Assembly (NCBI GenBank): GCA_963782055.1
Contig: CAWAIF010000003.1
Span: 3,488,001 to 3,552,000 of the forward strand
DNA: 64,000 bases
Origin: an uncultured delta proteobacterium
GTDB taxonomy: Bacteria; Myxococcota_A; Polyangia; Polyangiales; Polyangiaceae
Direction: 5' to 3'
Each line of letters begins with the position of its first letter. Position 1 is the first letter of the stretch. Below are positions 9,034-18,891 of the stretch, one piece after another. A program made the position numbers and the translations under genes. The notes beneath the pieces were generated by a model. That model did not search any database, had not been told where the DNA came from, and saw only the letters and a list, made by a program, of their open reading frames with translations.

Positions 9034-10290
9034 GTGGCACTCCGGGACAAGCTCGCTCGCCTGAGCACGAGAGGGGCCGCCGCGCCGGCGGCGACCACCC
9101 CCGCCCGGGAGCAGACGATCGACGATCTGCGCCGCCGGATGCGCGCGGTGCTCGAGCGGACGGTCACCCGCCCGGCGCCCCGCCCGGTGGAGGGTCCGGC
9201 GCTGCCCTTCGTCACCCACGACACCCCGCTCGGCCCCCTGCACGTGCGCCGTCTCCGCCTGCCTCCGTCCCACCGCACCGGCCGGGCGCCGGTCCGCGCC
9301 GCACGCGACGCCGACGCGCGCCTGCTGTCCCTGCTGGCGCTCGACCCGTCCCTCGCCGCCTGCGACCTCACCCGCGCGCTCTACCTGGACACCGAGACCA
9401 CCGGCCTGTCCGGCGGCACAGGCACCGTCGCCTTCCTCGTCGGCCTCGCTTTCTTCGAGGAGGGCGATCTGGTGGTGGAGCAGCTCTTGGTGCGCAACCT
9501 CGGCGAGGAAGCGCCCATGCTCGCCCACACGCGCGCGCGCATCGAGGCCGCGTCGATGCTCGTCACCTTCAACGGCAAGTCCTTCGACATGCCGCTGCTT
9601 CGCACGCGCTTGGTCATGGCGCGCATCGAGGCCGCGCCCGATCGCCCCCACCTCGATCTGCTCCACGTCGCGCGGCGGGTGCACCGCGCGTCGGGGATGC
9701 CGTGCCGCCTGGTCGGCCTGGAGGAGCGGGTGCTCGGCTTCGTCCGCCACGACGACGTCCCCTCCGGGGAGGTGAGCGCGGCGTACCTGCACTTTCTCCG
9801 CACCGGCGAGACGCGCGCGCTGCTCGGCGTCGTGGAGCACAACGCGTGGGACGTCGTCACCATGGCCTCGCTCGTCGGCCTCTACGGCGAGCCGCCGGAG
9901 GGGAGCGCCCTCGCGGCGCGGGATCTGGTCGGGGTGGCCCGCACGCTCCGGCGCGCCGGCGCCCACGACGAGGCCTTCGCCGCCGCGTCCCTCGCCGGGG
10001 AGCGCGGCGCCGGGCCGGAGTCGCTGCGCGCCCGGGCAGAGATCGCGCGCGCCCGCGGGGACAGGGACCGCGCCCTCGCCGACCTGGAGGCCTTGCTGCG
10101 GGAGGTGGACTGCGACGACGCGCGCCTCGCCCTCGCCAAGCTCTACGAGCACCACGTCAAGGAGCCCGCCCGCGCCCTGGCGCTGGTGGAGCAGGGCGTG
10201 GCGGAGGACCCCGCCCGCACCCAGAAGCGCCGCGCGAGGCTGGAGCGCAAGGTCGCCCGCGTCCGGCAGACCAAGCTCTTTCGCCCCTGA
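9034..10290 (+). CDS. YprB/MrfB-like RNase H-fold (DnaQ-like) exonuclease with C-terminal TPR region
   Basis: LYLDTETTGL, VTFNGKSFD, HLDLLH, HNAWDV. Helical C-terminus LAKLYEHHVK. GTG start at 9034. Confidence 0.8.
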   Translation: MALRDKLARLSTRGAAAPAATTPAREQTIDDLRRRMRAVLERTVTRPAPRPVEGPALPFVTHDTPLGPLHVRRLRLPPSHRTGRAPVRAARDADARLLSLLALDPSLAACDLTRALYLDTETTGLSGGTGTVAFLVGLAFFEEGDLVVEQLLVRNLGEEAPMLAHTRARIEAASMLVTFNGKSFDMPLLRTRLVMARIEAAPDRPHLDLLHVARRVHRASGMPCRLVGLEERVLGFVRHDDVPSGEVSAAYLHFLRTGETRALLGVVEHNAWDVVTMASLVGLYGEPPEGSALAARDLVGVARTLRRAGAHDEAFAAASLAGERGAGPESLRARAEIARARGDRDRALADLEALLREVDCDDARLALAKLYEHHVKEPARALALVEQGVAEDPARTQKRRARLERKVARVRQTKLFRP

Positions 10291-10344
10291 CACGCGTCCG
10301 GCCGCCGCGCCCGCGCGCGTCTTTCGTGGTAAGTCGGAGGGCCG

Positions 10345-13032
10345 ATGAGCGAAGACGATCGTGAGCGTTACGACCCCGCCGCCATCGAGCGGAAGTGGCA
10401 GGACTTCTGGGAGAAGGAGGGGACCTTCAAGGCCGAGCGCCACGCCGGCAAGCCCAAGTACTACGTCCTCGACATGTTCCCGTACCCCTCCGGCGCGGGC
10501 CTCCACGTCGGCCACCCCGAGGGCTACACCGCGACCGACATCGTCGCCCGCTACAAGCGCATGCGCGGCTTCGACGTGCTCCACCCCATGGGCTGGGACG
10601 CCTTCGGCCTGCCGGCGGAGCAGCACGCCATCCGCACCGGCACCCACCCGCGCGATACCACCCTCTCCAACATCAACACCTTCCGCCGCCAGCTCAAGAT
10701 GCTGGGCTTCAGCTTCGACTGGTCGCGCGAGGTGGACACCACCGATCCGCGCTACGTCCGCTGGACGCAGTGGATCTTCCTGCAGCTCTTCCGCCGCGGC
10801 CTCGCCTACCAGTCGGAGATCCCGGTCAACTGGTGCGCCGGGCTGGGCACCGTGCTGGCCAACGAGGAGGTCATCGACGGCAAGAGCGAGATCGGCAGCT
10901 TCCCCGTGGAACGCCTGCCGCTGCGGCAGTGGCTGCTGCGCATCACCGAGTACGCCGACCGCCTCGACGCCGATCTCGCCAGCCTGGACTGGCCGGAGAC
11001 GAAGGACAAGCAGCACCACTGGATCGGCCGCAGCGAGGGCGCGCTGGTCGACTTCGCCGTCAAGGGCGCGGCCGACGCGACCATCAGCGTCTTCACCACC
11101 CGAGTCGACACGCTCCCCGGCGCCACCTACGTCGTGCTCGCGCCGGAGCACCCGCTCACCGCGCGCCTCACCGTGCCCGCGCAGCGCGCCGCGGTGGACA
11201 CGTACGTGGCCCAGACGAAGAGGAAGAGCGACATCGATCGCGCGGACGCCACCCGCAAGAAGACGGGCGTCCCGCTCGGCACCTTCGCGGTGAACCCGGT
11301 CAACGGCGACGCCATCCCCATCTACATCGCCGACTACGTCATCGGCACCTACGGCACCGGCGCCGTCATGGCGGTGCCCGCGCACGACGAGCGCGATCAC
11401 GCCTTCGCGAAGACCTACGACCTGCCCATCGTGCAGGTCGTCGCCCCCACCGACGGTTCAGCGATCGACGTCGCGGCGTCCGCCTACACCGACGATGGCC
11501 TCGCCTTCCACTGCCGCGCCGAGCTCGCCATCGCCGACGGCACCCCCAGCGCCGAGGTGCGCAAGCAGGTGACCGCGTGGCTCACGTCGAGGGGGCAGGG
11601 GAGCGCCAAGGTCACCTACCGCCTGCGCGACTGGGTCTTCTCCCGGCAGCGCTACTGGGGCGAGCCCATCCCCATCTACTTCCCGGTGGAGTGCGCGGGG
11701 GACCCGCGGGAAGAAGGTGCAGAGTACAAGGTTCGCTACGACCAGCCCATCGCGATGGAGGAGTCGGAGCTGCCCCTGCGCCTGCCCGACCTGGAGGACT
11801 TCAAGCCCTCCGGCGATCCCGAGGGCCCGCTCGCCCGCGTGCTCGACTGGCGCTTCTTTCAGAAGGACGGCGAGTGGTTCGCCCGCGAGACCAACACGAT
11901 GCCGCAGTGGGCGGGCTCCTGCTGGTACTACCTGCGCTACCTCGACCCCCGCAACGACGAGCGCATCTTCTCCGAGGCGGCGTACGACGCCTGGATGCCC
12001 GTCAACCTCTACGTCGGCGGCTCCGAGCACGCCGTGCTGCACCTGCTCTACGCCCGCTTCTGGCACAAGGTGCTCTACGACGCGGGCGTGGTGAAGCACC
12101 CTGAGCCCTTCCAGAAGCTGGTGCACCAGGGGATCATCCTGGGCACCTCCTACCGCTACTACGCGAAGAAGGAGGGCGGCGCGCTGCTCGGCGGCGACAC
12201 CAGGGTGCACAAGGACGAGGAGACCGGCGAGCTGCGGCTGGACGGCACGACGGAGGTCGTGGAGGAGCGCTGGGCGGCGGAGGCCGACGTGGAGTCGCGC
12301 GGCAACGAGGTCGTGCACAAAACGCTCGGCGTGAAGGTCGTGATGGTCGCCGAGAAGATGAGCAAGTCGCGCGGCAATGTCGTCAACCCGGACGACATCG
12401 TGAAGGCCTACGGCGCCGACGCGCTGCGCCTGTACGAGATGTTCATGGGCCCGCTCGAGCAGACCAAGCCCTGGCAGACGAGCGCCATCGAGGGCGTGCG
12501 CCGCTTTCTGGATCGCGTCTTTTACATCGCGACCGGCAAGCTCGCCGACGAGCCCGCCGCGTACGACGTGGAGACGCGCCGCGCGGTCCACAAGACGGTC
12601 AAGAAGGTGACCGAGGACATCGAGAGCCTGCGCTTCAACACGGCGATCAGCGCCATGATGATCCTGGTCAAGCACCTGGGCGGTCTGCCCGCCGTGCCGC
12701 GCGAGGCGGCGAGCGCGCTGGTGCGGATGGTCTCGCCGTTCGCCCCGCACCTGGGGGAGGAGCTGTGGCGGCGCCTGGGCGGGAAGGAGTCCCTGGCCCG
12801 CGCGCCCTGGCCCACCTTCGATCCCGCGCTGGTGAAGGACCAGGTCATCGAGATGGGCGTGCAGGTCAACGGCAAGCTGCGCGGCGTGGTGCAGCTCGCG
12901 GTGGACGCCAGCGAGGCCGCGGCGCGCGCCGAGGCGCTCAAGGACGCCAAGGTCGCCGGCTACGTCGAGGGCAAGACGCTGCGCAAGGTGGTCTACGTGC
13001 CCGGCAAGATCCTCAACTTCATCGTGGCGTGA
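10345..13032 (+). CDS. leuS: Leucine--tRNA ligase
   Basis: MFPYPSGAGLHVGH (HIGH motif), GTGAVMAVPAHD editing domain, KMSKS motif. Confidence 0.98.
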   Translation: MSEDDRERYDPAAIERKWQDFWEKEGTFKAERHAGKPKYYVLDMFPYPSGAGLHVGHPEGYTATDIVARYKRMRGFDVLHPMGWDAFGLPAEQHAIRTGTHPRDTTLSNINTFRRQLKMLGFSFDWSREVDTTDPRYVRWTQWIFLQLFRRGLAYQSEIPVNWCAGLGTVLANEEVIDGKSEIGSFPVERLPLRQWLLRITEYADRLDADLASLDWPETKDKQHHWIGRSEGALVDFAVKGAADATISVFTTRVDTLPGATYVVLAPEHPLTARLTVPAQRAAVDTYVAQTKRKSDIDRADATRKKTGVPLGTFAVNPVNGDAIPIYIADYVIGTYGTGAVMAVPAHDERDHAFAKTYDLPIVQVVAPTDGSAIDVAASAYTDDGLAFHCRAELAIADGTPSAEVRKQVTAWLTSRGQGSAKVTYRLRDWVFSRQRYWGEPIPIYFPVECAGDPREEGAEYKVRYDQPIAMEESELPLRLPDLEDFKPSGDPEGPLARVLDWRFFQKDGEWFARETNTMPQWAGSCWYYLRYLDPRNDERIFSEAAYDAWMPVNLYVGGSEHAVLHLLYARFWHKVLYDAGVVKHPEPFQKLVHQGIILGTSYRYYAKKEGGALLGGDTRVHKDEETGELRLDGTTEVVEERWAAEADVESRGNEVVHKTLGVKVVMVAEKMSKSRGNVVNPDDIVKAYGADALRLYEMFMGPLEQTKPWQTSAIEGVRRFLDRVFYIATGKLADEPAAYDVETRRAVHKTVKKVTEDIESLRFNTAISAMMILVKHLGGLPAVPREAASALVRMVSPFAPHLGEELWRRLGGKESLARAPWPTFDPALVKDQVIEMGVQVNGKLRGVVQLAVDASEAAARAEALKDAKVAGYVEGKTLRKVVYVPGKILNFIVA

Positions 13033-13559
13033 CCGTGCGGCGCGCGGCGCTCCTGGCGCTCCTCTGCGCGGGCTGCGGCTACCACGCCCTGTACGCCGAG
13101 CCCGCCGCGGCGCGCTATCACGTGCACCTGGGGCGCGTCGGCGTGGCGAGCGCCGCCGTCGCGGACGAGGTGGCACGCGGCGCGCGCGACGAGCTCGCCC
13201 GCGAGGGCGCCCTCTCCGCGGGCGACGGCTTCCCGCGGCTGGAGATCGACGTGCTGCGCCTGGACGAGACGAGCGAGGGCATCGCGCGCGCGACGGGCGA
13301 CGTACCCCTCGCCCGCGGCACGCAGCTCGGCGTGCTGGCTCGAGCGTACGTCGTGCGCGCGGAAGGGGCCGCGCCGGAGCTGGATACGGGCGATCTGCGC
13401 GCCCTCGACCTCGTGGAGGCCCCCGCGGACCCGCGGCGCGAGGTATTTTTGCGCGAGGACGCCTTGCGCGCGGTCGCCCGGCGGCTGGGCCACACCCTCG
13501 CCGCCCGCGTGCTCGGCCACCCGACGACGACCGAATCGCTGGGGCGCGAGCCGCCGTAG
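13029..13559 (+). CDS. lptE: LptE-like LPS-assembly lipoprotein
   Basis: Lipobox LLCAGC-GY. GTGA-coupled directly downstream of leuS, the usual position of lptE. Confidence 0.6.
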   Translation: MTVRRAALLALLCAGCGYHALYAEPAAARYHVHLGRVGVASAAVADEVARGARDELAREGALSAGDGFPRLEIDVLRLDETSEGIARATGDVPLARGTQLGVLARAYVVRAEGAAPELDTGDLRALDLVEAPADPRREVFLREDALRAVARRLGHTLAARVLGHPTTTESLGREPP

Positions 13560-13586
13560 GGCGAAACGTGGTAACCTCGCCGCGCC

Positions 13587-14258
13587 ATGCCGAAAGAGGG
13601 GACGAGCTCCATCATCGTCGGCTGCGCCGGCTTCGCGGTGCCCGCCACGAGGTACTTCAAGGAGTTCCTCTTCGTGGAGATCCAGGAGACGCACGTGGCG
13701 CTCCCGGGCACGGGCACGGTGCGCCGCTGGCGGCGGGAGGCGCCCCCCGGCTTCCGCTTCGCCATGCTCGCCCCGCGCGAGATCGGCCAGGAGGGCTTCC
13801 GCGCCGGGAAGGTCACCGAGACCGCGCTGAAGAACCTCGTGGAGGTGGGGAAGGAGCTGAGCGCCACCACCGCCGTCTTCGTCGCCCCCGCGGACTTCAC
13901 CGCCTCGCGCCCCAACAAGGCCATCGTGAAGGAGTTTTTGCACGGGGTGCGGAAGAAGTTCGATCGCGTCGTCTGGGAGGCTCCCCCCGCCTGGAACGCC
14001 GACGACGCCGAAGCCGTCGCCAAGGACACGCAGGCCCTCGCCGCGCGCGACCCCCTGCGTGACGGCCTCTCCAAGGCGCCCGTCGCCTACTACCGCCTCC
14101 CGGGCCCGGCCGGCCACAAGAGCCGCTACGAGGACCCGGCCATCGAGCGGCTCGCCGACCTGGCGCGCGGCGCGCAGCACAAGGAGGTCACCTACGTGTT
14201 CACCAACGTGGACATGTTCGCCGACGCCAAGCGCTTCAAGAAGGCGATGAAGCTCTGA
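13587..14258 (+). CDS. Divergent DUF72-family protein
   Basis: IIVGCAGF, FVEIQETH, VVWE, YYRLPG and YVFTN follow the DUF72 motif order. Confidence 0.75.
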   Translation: MPKEGTSSIIVGCAGFAVPATRYFKEFLFVEIQETHVALPGTGTVRRWRREAPPGFRFAMLAPREIGQEGFRAGKVTETALKNLVEVGKELSATTAVFVAPADFTASRPNKAIVKEFLHGVRKKFDRVVWEAPPAWNADDAEAVAKDTQALAARDPLRDGLSKAPVAYYRLPGPAGHKSRYEDPAIERLADLARGAQHKEVTYVFTNVDMFADAKRFKKAMKL

Positions 14259-14364
14259 GACCCGGCCGCAGGCCCGAAGGGCGCGTGGACTGACGCCAAA
14301 TGCGCCGAGGGCGCGCGACCGGGAAGGCCGCGCGCCCCGAGGACGCCGCGAGATCGAGCCGGCC

Positions 14365-14844
14365 CTACTGGCAGGCGCTGTCGCAGTTGGTGGTCAGGCA
14401 GTCCGCCTGGGCCTTCCACATGGCCGTCGACGCGGAGTGGGCGGCGTTGCACGCGTCCACGCAGGTCTGGTCGATGCCGCCGTCGGGGGCGACGCAATTC
14501 GAGAGGCACTGGTCGAGCTGGTAGCAATCGCTGTCGCCGCCGTCCACGCTGGCGAAGCAGGCGGTCACCTGGCTGCAGCAGCTCGCCGACATGCAGGTGT
14601 CGCACGTGCCGCCGTTGTCGAAGGTGATGGAGGCGGGAGGCTGCGTTGTGCCGATGGCCTCGCAGACAGGGCCGGCGTCGACGCCGGTGTCGGGCGTGGC
14701 ATCCATGTCGCCGCTGTCGCCGCCGCCAGCGTCAGAGCCTGCGTCGTCGAAGATGCCGCTGTCGTCGCCGTTGACGGAAACCGTACAGGCGGCGGCGCCC
14801 ATGGCCAGGACGGCCGCAGTGAAGAGCGTGCTACGAATGTTCAT
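14365..14844 (-). CDS. Cys-rich lipoprotein of unknown function
   Basis: GGAGGGAG RBS, lipobox GAAAC, DAG-rich linker, Cys-rich C-terminal domain. Confidence 0.75.
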   Translation of the reverse strand: MNIRSTLFTAAVLAMGAAACTVSVNGDDSGIFDDAGSDAGGGDSGDMDATPDTGVDAGPVCEAIGTTQPPASITFDNGGTCDTCMSASCCSQVTACFASVDGGDSDCYQLDQCLSNCVAPDGGIDQTCVDACNAAHSASTAMWKAQADCLTTNCDSACQ

Positions 14845-14997
14845 CGTCTCCCTCCGAAGGATCGAAAAGCCGGTAAGCCCAATGTGCCCGGCGCGGGGCG
14901 GATCGGTCAAATATTCCGGACATGCCCGGGCCTGGTGACCGCACGCCGTTGGACGTGGCACCAGACGTATCATTCAAGAGCCACCGGGGCAGCCGGT

Positions 14998-16575
14998 TTA
15001 CGGGGCCTTTACACGCCGGCGCCGCACGAAGGCCCCCACCGCGGTGAGGGCGGCGAGGGCCCAGAGGGGCCAGTCACCCACCACCTCGTACACCGTCTTG
15101 CCCCGCATCAGGTGGACGACGGCGTCGCGCGCCTCGATGCGGAAGGTGGGCGTCTGCACCAGGACGCGCCCCACCGGGTCGACGACGGCGCTCACCCCGG
15201 TGTTGGTCGCCCGCACCATGTAGCGGCGGTGCTCCACCGAGCGCATCGTCGCGAGGGCGAGGTGCTCGCGCGGCTCCGACGAGTCGCCGAACCAGGCGTC
15301 GTTGGTCATGTTGACCAGCAGCTCCGGGTCGGCGTGGCGCACCATCGCGTTGGTGTACGCCGGGAGGATGTCCTCGTAGCAGATGAGGACCGAGACCGGA
15401 TGGATGCCCGTCGCCGTGGGGACGGGGAGCGGGTCGAGGCTGGTGCCGGGGCTGAGCTGCCCGCTGTTGGGCGACCACCGGTAGAGCGAGGGAAACTCGT
15501 CGCCGAACGGGATGTACTCGCCGAAGGCGAGGAGGTAGTGCTTGTCGTAGCGGCCGGTGATGGCCCCCTTGGCGTCGCTGGAGAGCGCGGTGTTGAACGC
15601 GCGGAACTTGGCGGGGTCGGGGTCGTCGTGGAGCACCACCGCGCCGAAGATGGCCGGCACGCCGAGCTGCGCCGCGACGGTGTGCCCGTAGAAGGAGCGA
15701 TACAGGTTCTCGGTGACGCCGATGGTCACCGACGACTCGCTCCACACGACGAGCTGCGCGCCGCGCGCGCGGAGCTGGTGGGTGAGGCTCACCTGCCGGC
15801 GTAGCGCCACGCCGGCGTCGGTCATGTTCTGCATCAACCCCAGGTTGGCCTGCACCATCCCCACGTGGAGCGGCTCCGACGCGAGAGCGCGGGCGTCCAC
15901 CTGCCGGATGCGGACGTACCCGTACCCCGCCGAGAGCGCGAGCGCCCCGAAGCCGCCCAGCACCACGCGCCGGTCCATCGGCCGGCGGTCGACGAGGCGC
16001 GCCAGCACGATCTCGGTGAGCGCGAGGTTGGCGCCGAGCAGCACCAGGCCCACCAGCACCGGCCCGCCCAGGTCGGCGATCTGCTCCAGCGCCACGGCGT
16101 TGTGGACCGTGGCGCCGAAGTACCAGGGGAAGAGGAGGGGGTAGGCGAGCTCGCTCGCGGCGAAGGCGCCGAGCGCCACCAGCGCGGGCGGCCAGCCGCG
16201 CTGCGACGCGCGCGCGTAGAGCCAGCCCATCAGCCCGACGCGCCCGCCCTGGTAGGTGCAGAGCAGCGTCATGAACAGGATGTTGAGCGCGAGGGGGAAG
16301 CCGGCGAAGGTGTCCAGCAGGCCGATGAGCCAGAAGAAGCCGGTGACGTTCATCGTCAGGCCGGCGAGCAGTCCGAGCCAGAGCGCGCGCCGCGGGCGCT
16401 GGCCGCGCAGGGCCACCAGCAAGGGGACGAAGGCGACCAGCGACAGCGGCCAGAGGTCCCTGCCGGGGAAGGCCAGCCAGTAGAGCAGACCGGAGAGGAT
16501 CGCGAGCGGCGCCGCCCAGACCGCGCCCAGAGGCCTTCGCCCCGCGTCGGTACCCGCGGCGGTGGTGGCCTCCAT
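14998..16575 (-). CDS. lnt: Apolipoprotein N-acyltransferase
   Basis: Multiple TM helices. Nitrilase-fold motifs VVWSES, YDKHYLLAFGEY, LICYED, TNDAWF, RATNTG. Confidence 0.95.
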   Translation of the reverse strand: MEATTAAGTDAGRRPLGAVWAAPLAILSGLLYWLAFPGRDLWPLSLVAFVPLLVALRGQRPRRALWLGLLAGLTMNVTGFFWLIGLLDTFAGFPLALNILFMTLLCTYQGGRVGLMGWLYARASQRGWPPALVALGAFAASELAYPLLFPWYFGATVHNAVALEQIADLGGPVLVGLVLLGANLALTEIVLARLVDRRPMDRRVVLGGFGALALSAGYGYVRIRQVDARALASEPLHVGMVQANLGLMQNMTDAGVALRRQVSLTHQLRARGAQLVVWSESSVTIGVTENLYRSFYGHTVAAQLGVPAIFGAVVLHDDPDPAKFRAFNTALSSDAKGAITGRYDKHYLLAFGEYIPFGDEFPSLYRWSPNSGQLSPGTSLDPLPVPTATGIHPVSVLICYEDILPAYTNAMVRHADPELLVNMTNDAWFGDSSEPREHLALATMRSVEHRRYMVRATNTGVSAVVDPVGRVLVQTPTFRIEARDAVVHLMRGKTVYEVVGDWPLWALAALTAVGAFVRRRRVKAP

Positions 16576-16946
16576 CTACTTGAGGGCCTTGGCCACCTTG
16601 TCGAGCAGGTCCTTCATGTTGAAGGGCTTCGTGATGTAGTGGCGCGCGCCGGCGTTGATGCCGTCGATGACGTCCAGCGCGCCGGTCTTGGCGGTCAGGA
16701 AGATGACCGGGATGTGCTTGTAGACCTCCTGCGTCTTGAGCTTGCGGATGAGCTGCGTGCCCGTCATCCCCGGCATCATGACGTCGCACAGGAGCAGGTC
16801 GGGGGGGGGATGGTGCCGAGCAGACGCATCGCCGCCTGGGCGTTCTCCGCGGCCTGCACGACGTACGTCCCGGAGAGCTGCCGAACGAGCAACGTGCGCA
16901 CCGATTCGTCGTCTTCTACGACGAGGATCGTCTTCTTCTGGGCCAT
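16576..16946 (-). pseudogene. Single-domain response regulator (CheY-like), frameshifted at a G9 tract
   Basis: MAQKKTILVVEDDESVR...LLGTIPP is in one frame and DLLLCDVMMPGMTG...FLTAK...ITKPF in another. Span is 371 bp; the break is at G9, 16801-16809. Confidence 0.8.
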
Positions 16947-16956
16947 GCCGTCCGAC

Positions 16957-17484
16957 TCACTTCGATTGGATGCTCACGAGCTTGATGTCGAACACCAGCG
17001 TCGCGCGCGGGGGGATCCTGGGGGGAGCGCCGCGCTCGCCGTAGCCCAGTGTGTACGGGATCGTCAGCTTGCGCTCGCCGCCCACCTTCATCCCGGGCAC
17101 GCCGCGGTTCCACCCGGCGATGAAGCGGCCGCCGATGGTGAAGCTGAAGGGCTTGTCGCCCGAGGCGTCGAACTTCTTCCCGTTGGGGAAGGTGCCGACG
17201 TACTGCACCTGGACCGTATCGCCCATCTTGGCTTCGGGGCCGGTGCCCACCTTGATGTCCTCCACCTTGAGGTTGATCGGCGGGGCGATCGCCGTCGTGT
17301 CGGAGGGCATCGGGTGCGCGGAGCCGGTGACCGAGCCGGCGGCGCGGACCACAGCCGAGGTGACCGGCGTGTCGGAGGCGATGGGCTCCGGCGTGGGCGG
17401 GGAGGTGAGGGCGGTGCAAGCGAGGAGGGCGCCCGCCGCGAAGGCAGCGCCGAGAAAGAGCGGGGTCGGGAGCGTGCGTCGCAT
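16957..17484 (-). CDS. FKBP-type peptidyl-prolyl cis-trans isomerase (probable lipoprotein)
   Basis: VQYVGTFPNGKKFDAS, GMKVGGERKLTIP, LGYGERG, IPPRATLVF. Lipobox-like LLAC. Confidence 0.92.
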   Translation of the reverse strand: MRRTLPTPLFLGAAFAAGALLACTALTSPPTPEPIASDTPVTSAVVRAAGSVTGSAHPMPSDTTAIAPPINLKVEDIKVGTGPEAKMGDTVQVQYVGTFPNGKKFDASGDKPFSFTIGGRFIAGWNRGVPGMKVGGERKLTIPYTLGYGERGAPPRIPPRATLVFDIKLVSIQSK

Positions 17485-17561
17485 TTGGGACTGGAAAGCT
17501 AGTCCACGGCGAACGGATGTAAAGGAGGAACGGGCCGCCGGGATGCTAGGCTACGCGGGCG

Positions 17562-18785
17562 ATGTCGCGTGTGCTTCACATCGAGGATGACCCGCGGAAC
17601 CGGCTGCTGGTCCGCAAGCTCCTCACCGCCGAAGGCATGGAAGTGCTGGACGCCGCCGACGGCCTGAGCGGGGTGCGCATGGCGCTCGCGCAGCCGCCGG
17701 ATCTGGTGCTGGTCGACCTGAACATCCCCGGCCTGGATGGCTACGAGGTGACGCTGCGCTTGCGCAGCGAGGCGACCCTCTCCGGCGTGCCGATCGTCGC
17801 CATCACCGCCGAGGGCGACCGCGATACCAGCGCGGCCGTGGGGTGCGACGGCTTCGTCCAGAAGCCGATCGACGCGCGCGTCTTCGCCGGCGTCATCAAG
17901 GGCTTCCTGCGAGGGCAGCGCCCGCCCTTCGCCTCGTCGCCGGACGCGACGGGCGAGCGGCTCCGCCTGCAGAGCGGGCGCATCGTCGCCCACCTGGAAG
18001 AGAAGGTGGCCGAGCTCTCCGCCGCCAACGAGCGGCTGCGCGATCTGGACCGGCTGCGCACCGAATTCTACCGCAACATCTCGCACGAGCTCGCCACGCC
18101 GCTCACGCCCATCGTCGGCTACCTGCGGATGATGGTGGACGGGGAGCTCGGCCCGGTGACGCGCCCGCAGGTGAAGGCGCTGCGGGCGATGGACGACTGC
18201 GTGCGACGCCTGCGCGCGACGCTGGACAACCTCATCGACGTGACCGGCCTGGAGACGGGGAAGATGAAGTTCTTCCACCGCGACTACGACTTCCTCGACA
18301 CCGTGCGTCGCGCGGTGGCGAGCCAGGCGGACAAGTTCGCCGAGCGCAAGCTCACGCTGCTCGAGCAGCTCCCGCGCGGGCCGCTGCCCGGCTTCGGCGA
18401 TCCGGACCGTCTCGGCCGCGCGCTCGTGCAGCTCCTGGACAACGCGGGCAAGTTCACTCCGGAGCGCGGCGTGGTGGGCGTCGCCGTCCGGGCCGAGGCC
18501 GGCCGCTACGGCGTGGTGGTCGCCGACAGCGGGCCGGGTGTGGCGCCGGAGCTCGGCGAGCGCGTGTTCGAGCCCTTCCTGCAGCTTGACGGCTCGCCCA
18601 CGCGTGCGCACGGCGGCGTGGGCGTGGGCCTCGCCGTCGCCCGCCGCGTCGCGCGCGGGCTGGGCGGGGACGTGGTCCTCCTGCAGGGCGCGACGGTGGA
18701 GGGGCAGCGCCTCACCGGGGCCGCCTTCGCCCTCTCGGTGGCGGTGCGTGCGCCCACCGTCATGCGCGAGGGCAAGAAGGGCTGA
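17562..18785 (+). CDS. Hybrid receiver-histidine kinase (cytoplasmic)
   Basis: N-terminal REC (IEDD, LVDLNIP, KP), H-box SHELATPL, NAGKF, DSGPG, GVGVGL. Confidence 0.92.
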   Translation: MSRVLHIEDDPRNRLLVRKLLTAEGMEVLDAADGLSGVRMALAQPPDLVLVDLNIPGLDGYEVTLRLRSEATLSGVPIVAITAEGDRDTSAAVGCDGFVQKPIDARVFAGVIKGFLRGQRPPFASSPDATGERLRLQSGRIVAHLEEKVAELSAANERLRDLDRLRTEFYRNISHELATPLTPIVGYLRMMVDGELGPVTRPQVKALRAMDDCVRRLRATLDNLIDVTGLETGKMKFFHRDYDFLDTVRRAVASQADKFAERKLTLLEQLPRGPLPGFGDPDRLGRALVQLLDNAGKFTPERGVVGVAVRAEAGRYGVVVADSGPGVAPELGERVFEPFLQLDGSPTRAHGGVGVGLAVARRVARGLGGDVVLLQGATVEGQRLTGAAFALSVAVRAPTVMREGKKG

Positions 18786-18789
18786 AGCG

Positions 18790-18821
18790 CGAGGCGTCGC
18801 GAGGGATCGCGGCGCCTCGCG
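18790..18821 (+). terminator. GC-rich hairpin after the kinase stop codon
   Basis: Inverted repeat GCGAGGCGTCGCGA-ggga-TCGCGGCGCCTCGC. No U-tract, so termination is unproven; ends approximate. Confidence 0.4.
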
Positions 18822-18891
18822 GGTGGATCGCCAGAGGCCCCGCGGAAAAGCCGCGTGACGGCGCGGCGTCCGTCTTGCAGTGATGCTTCGC

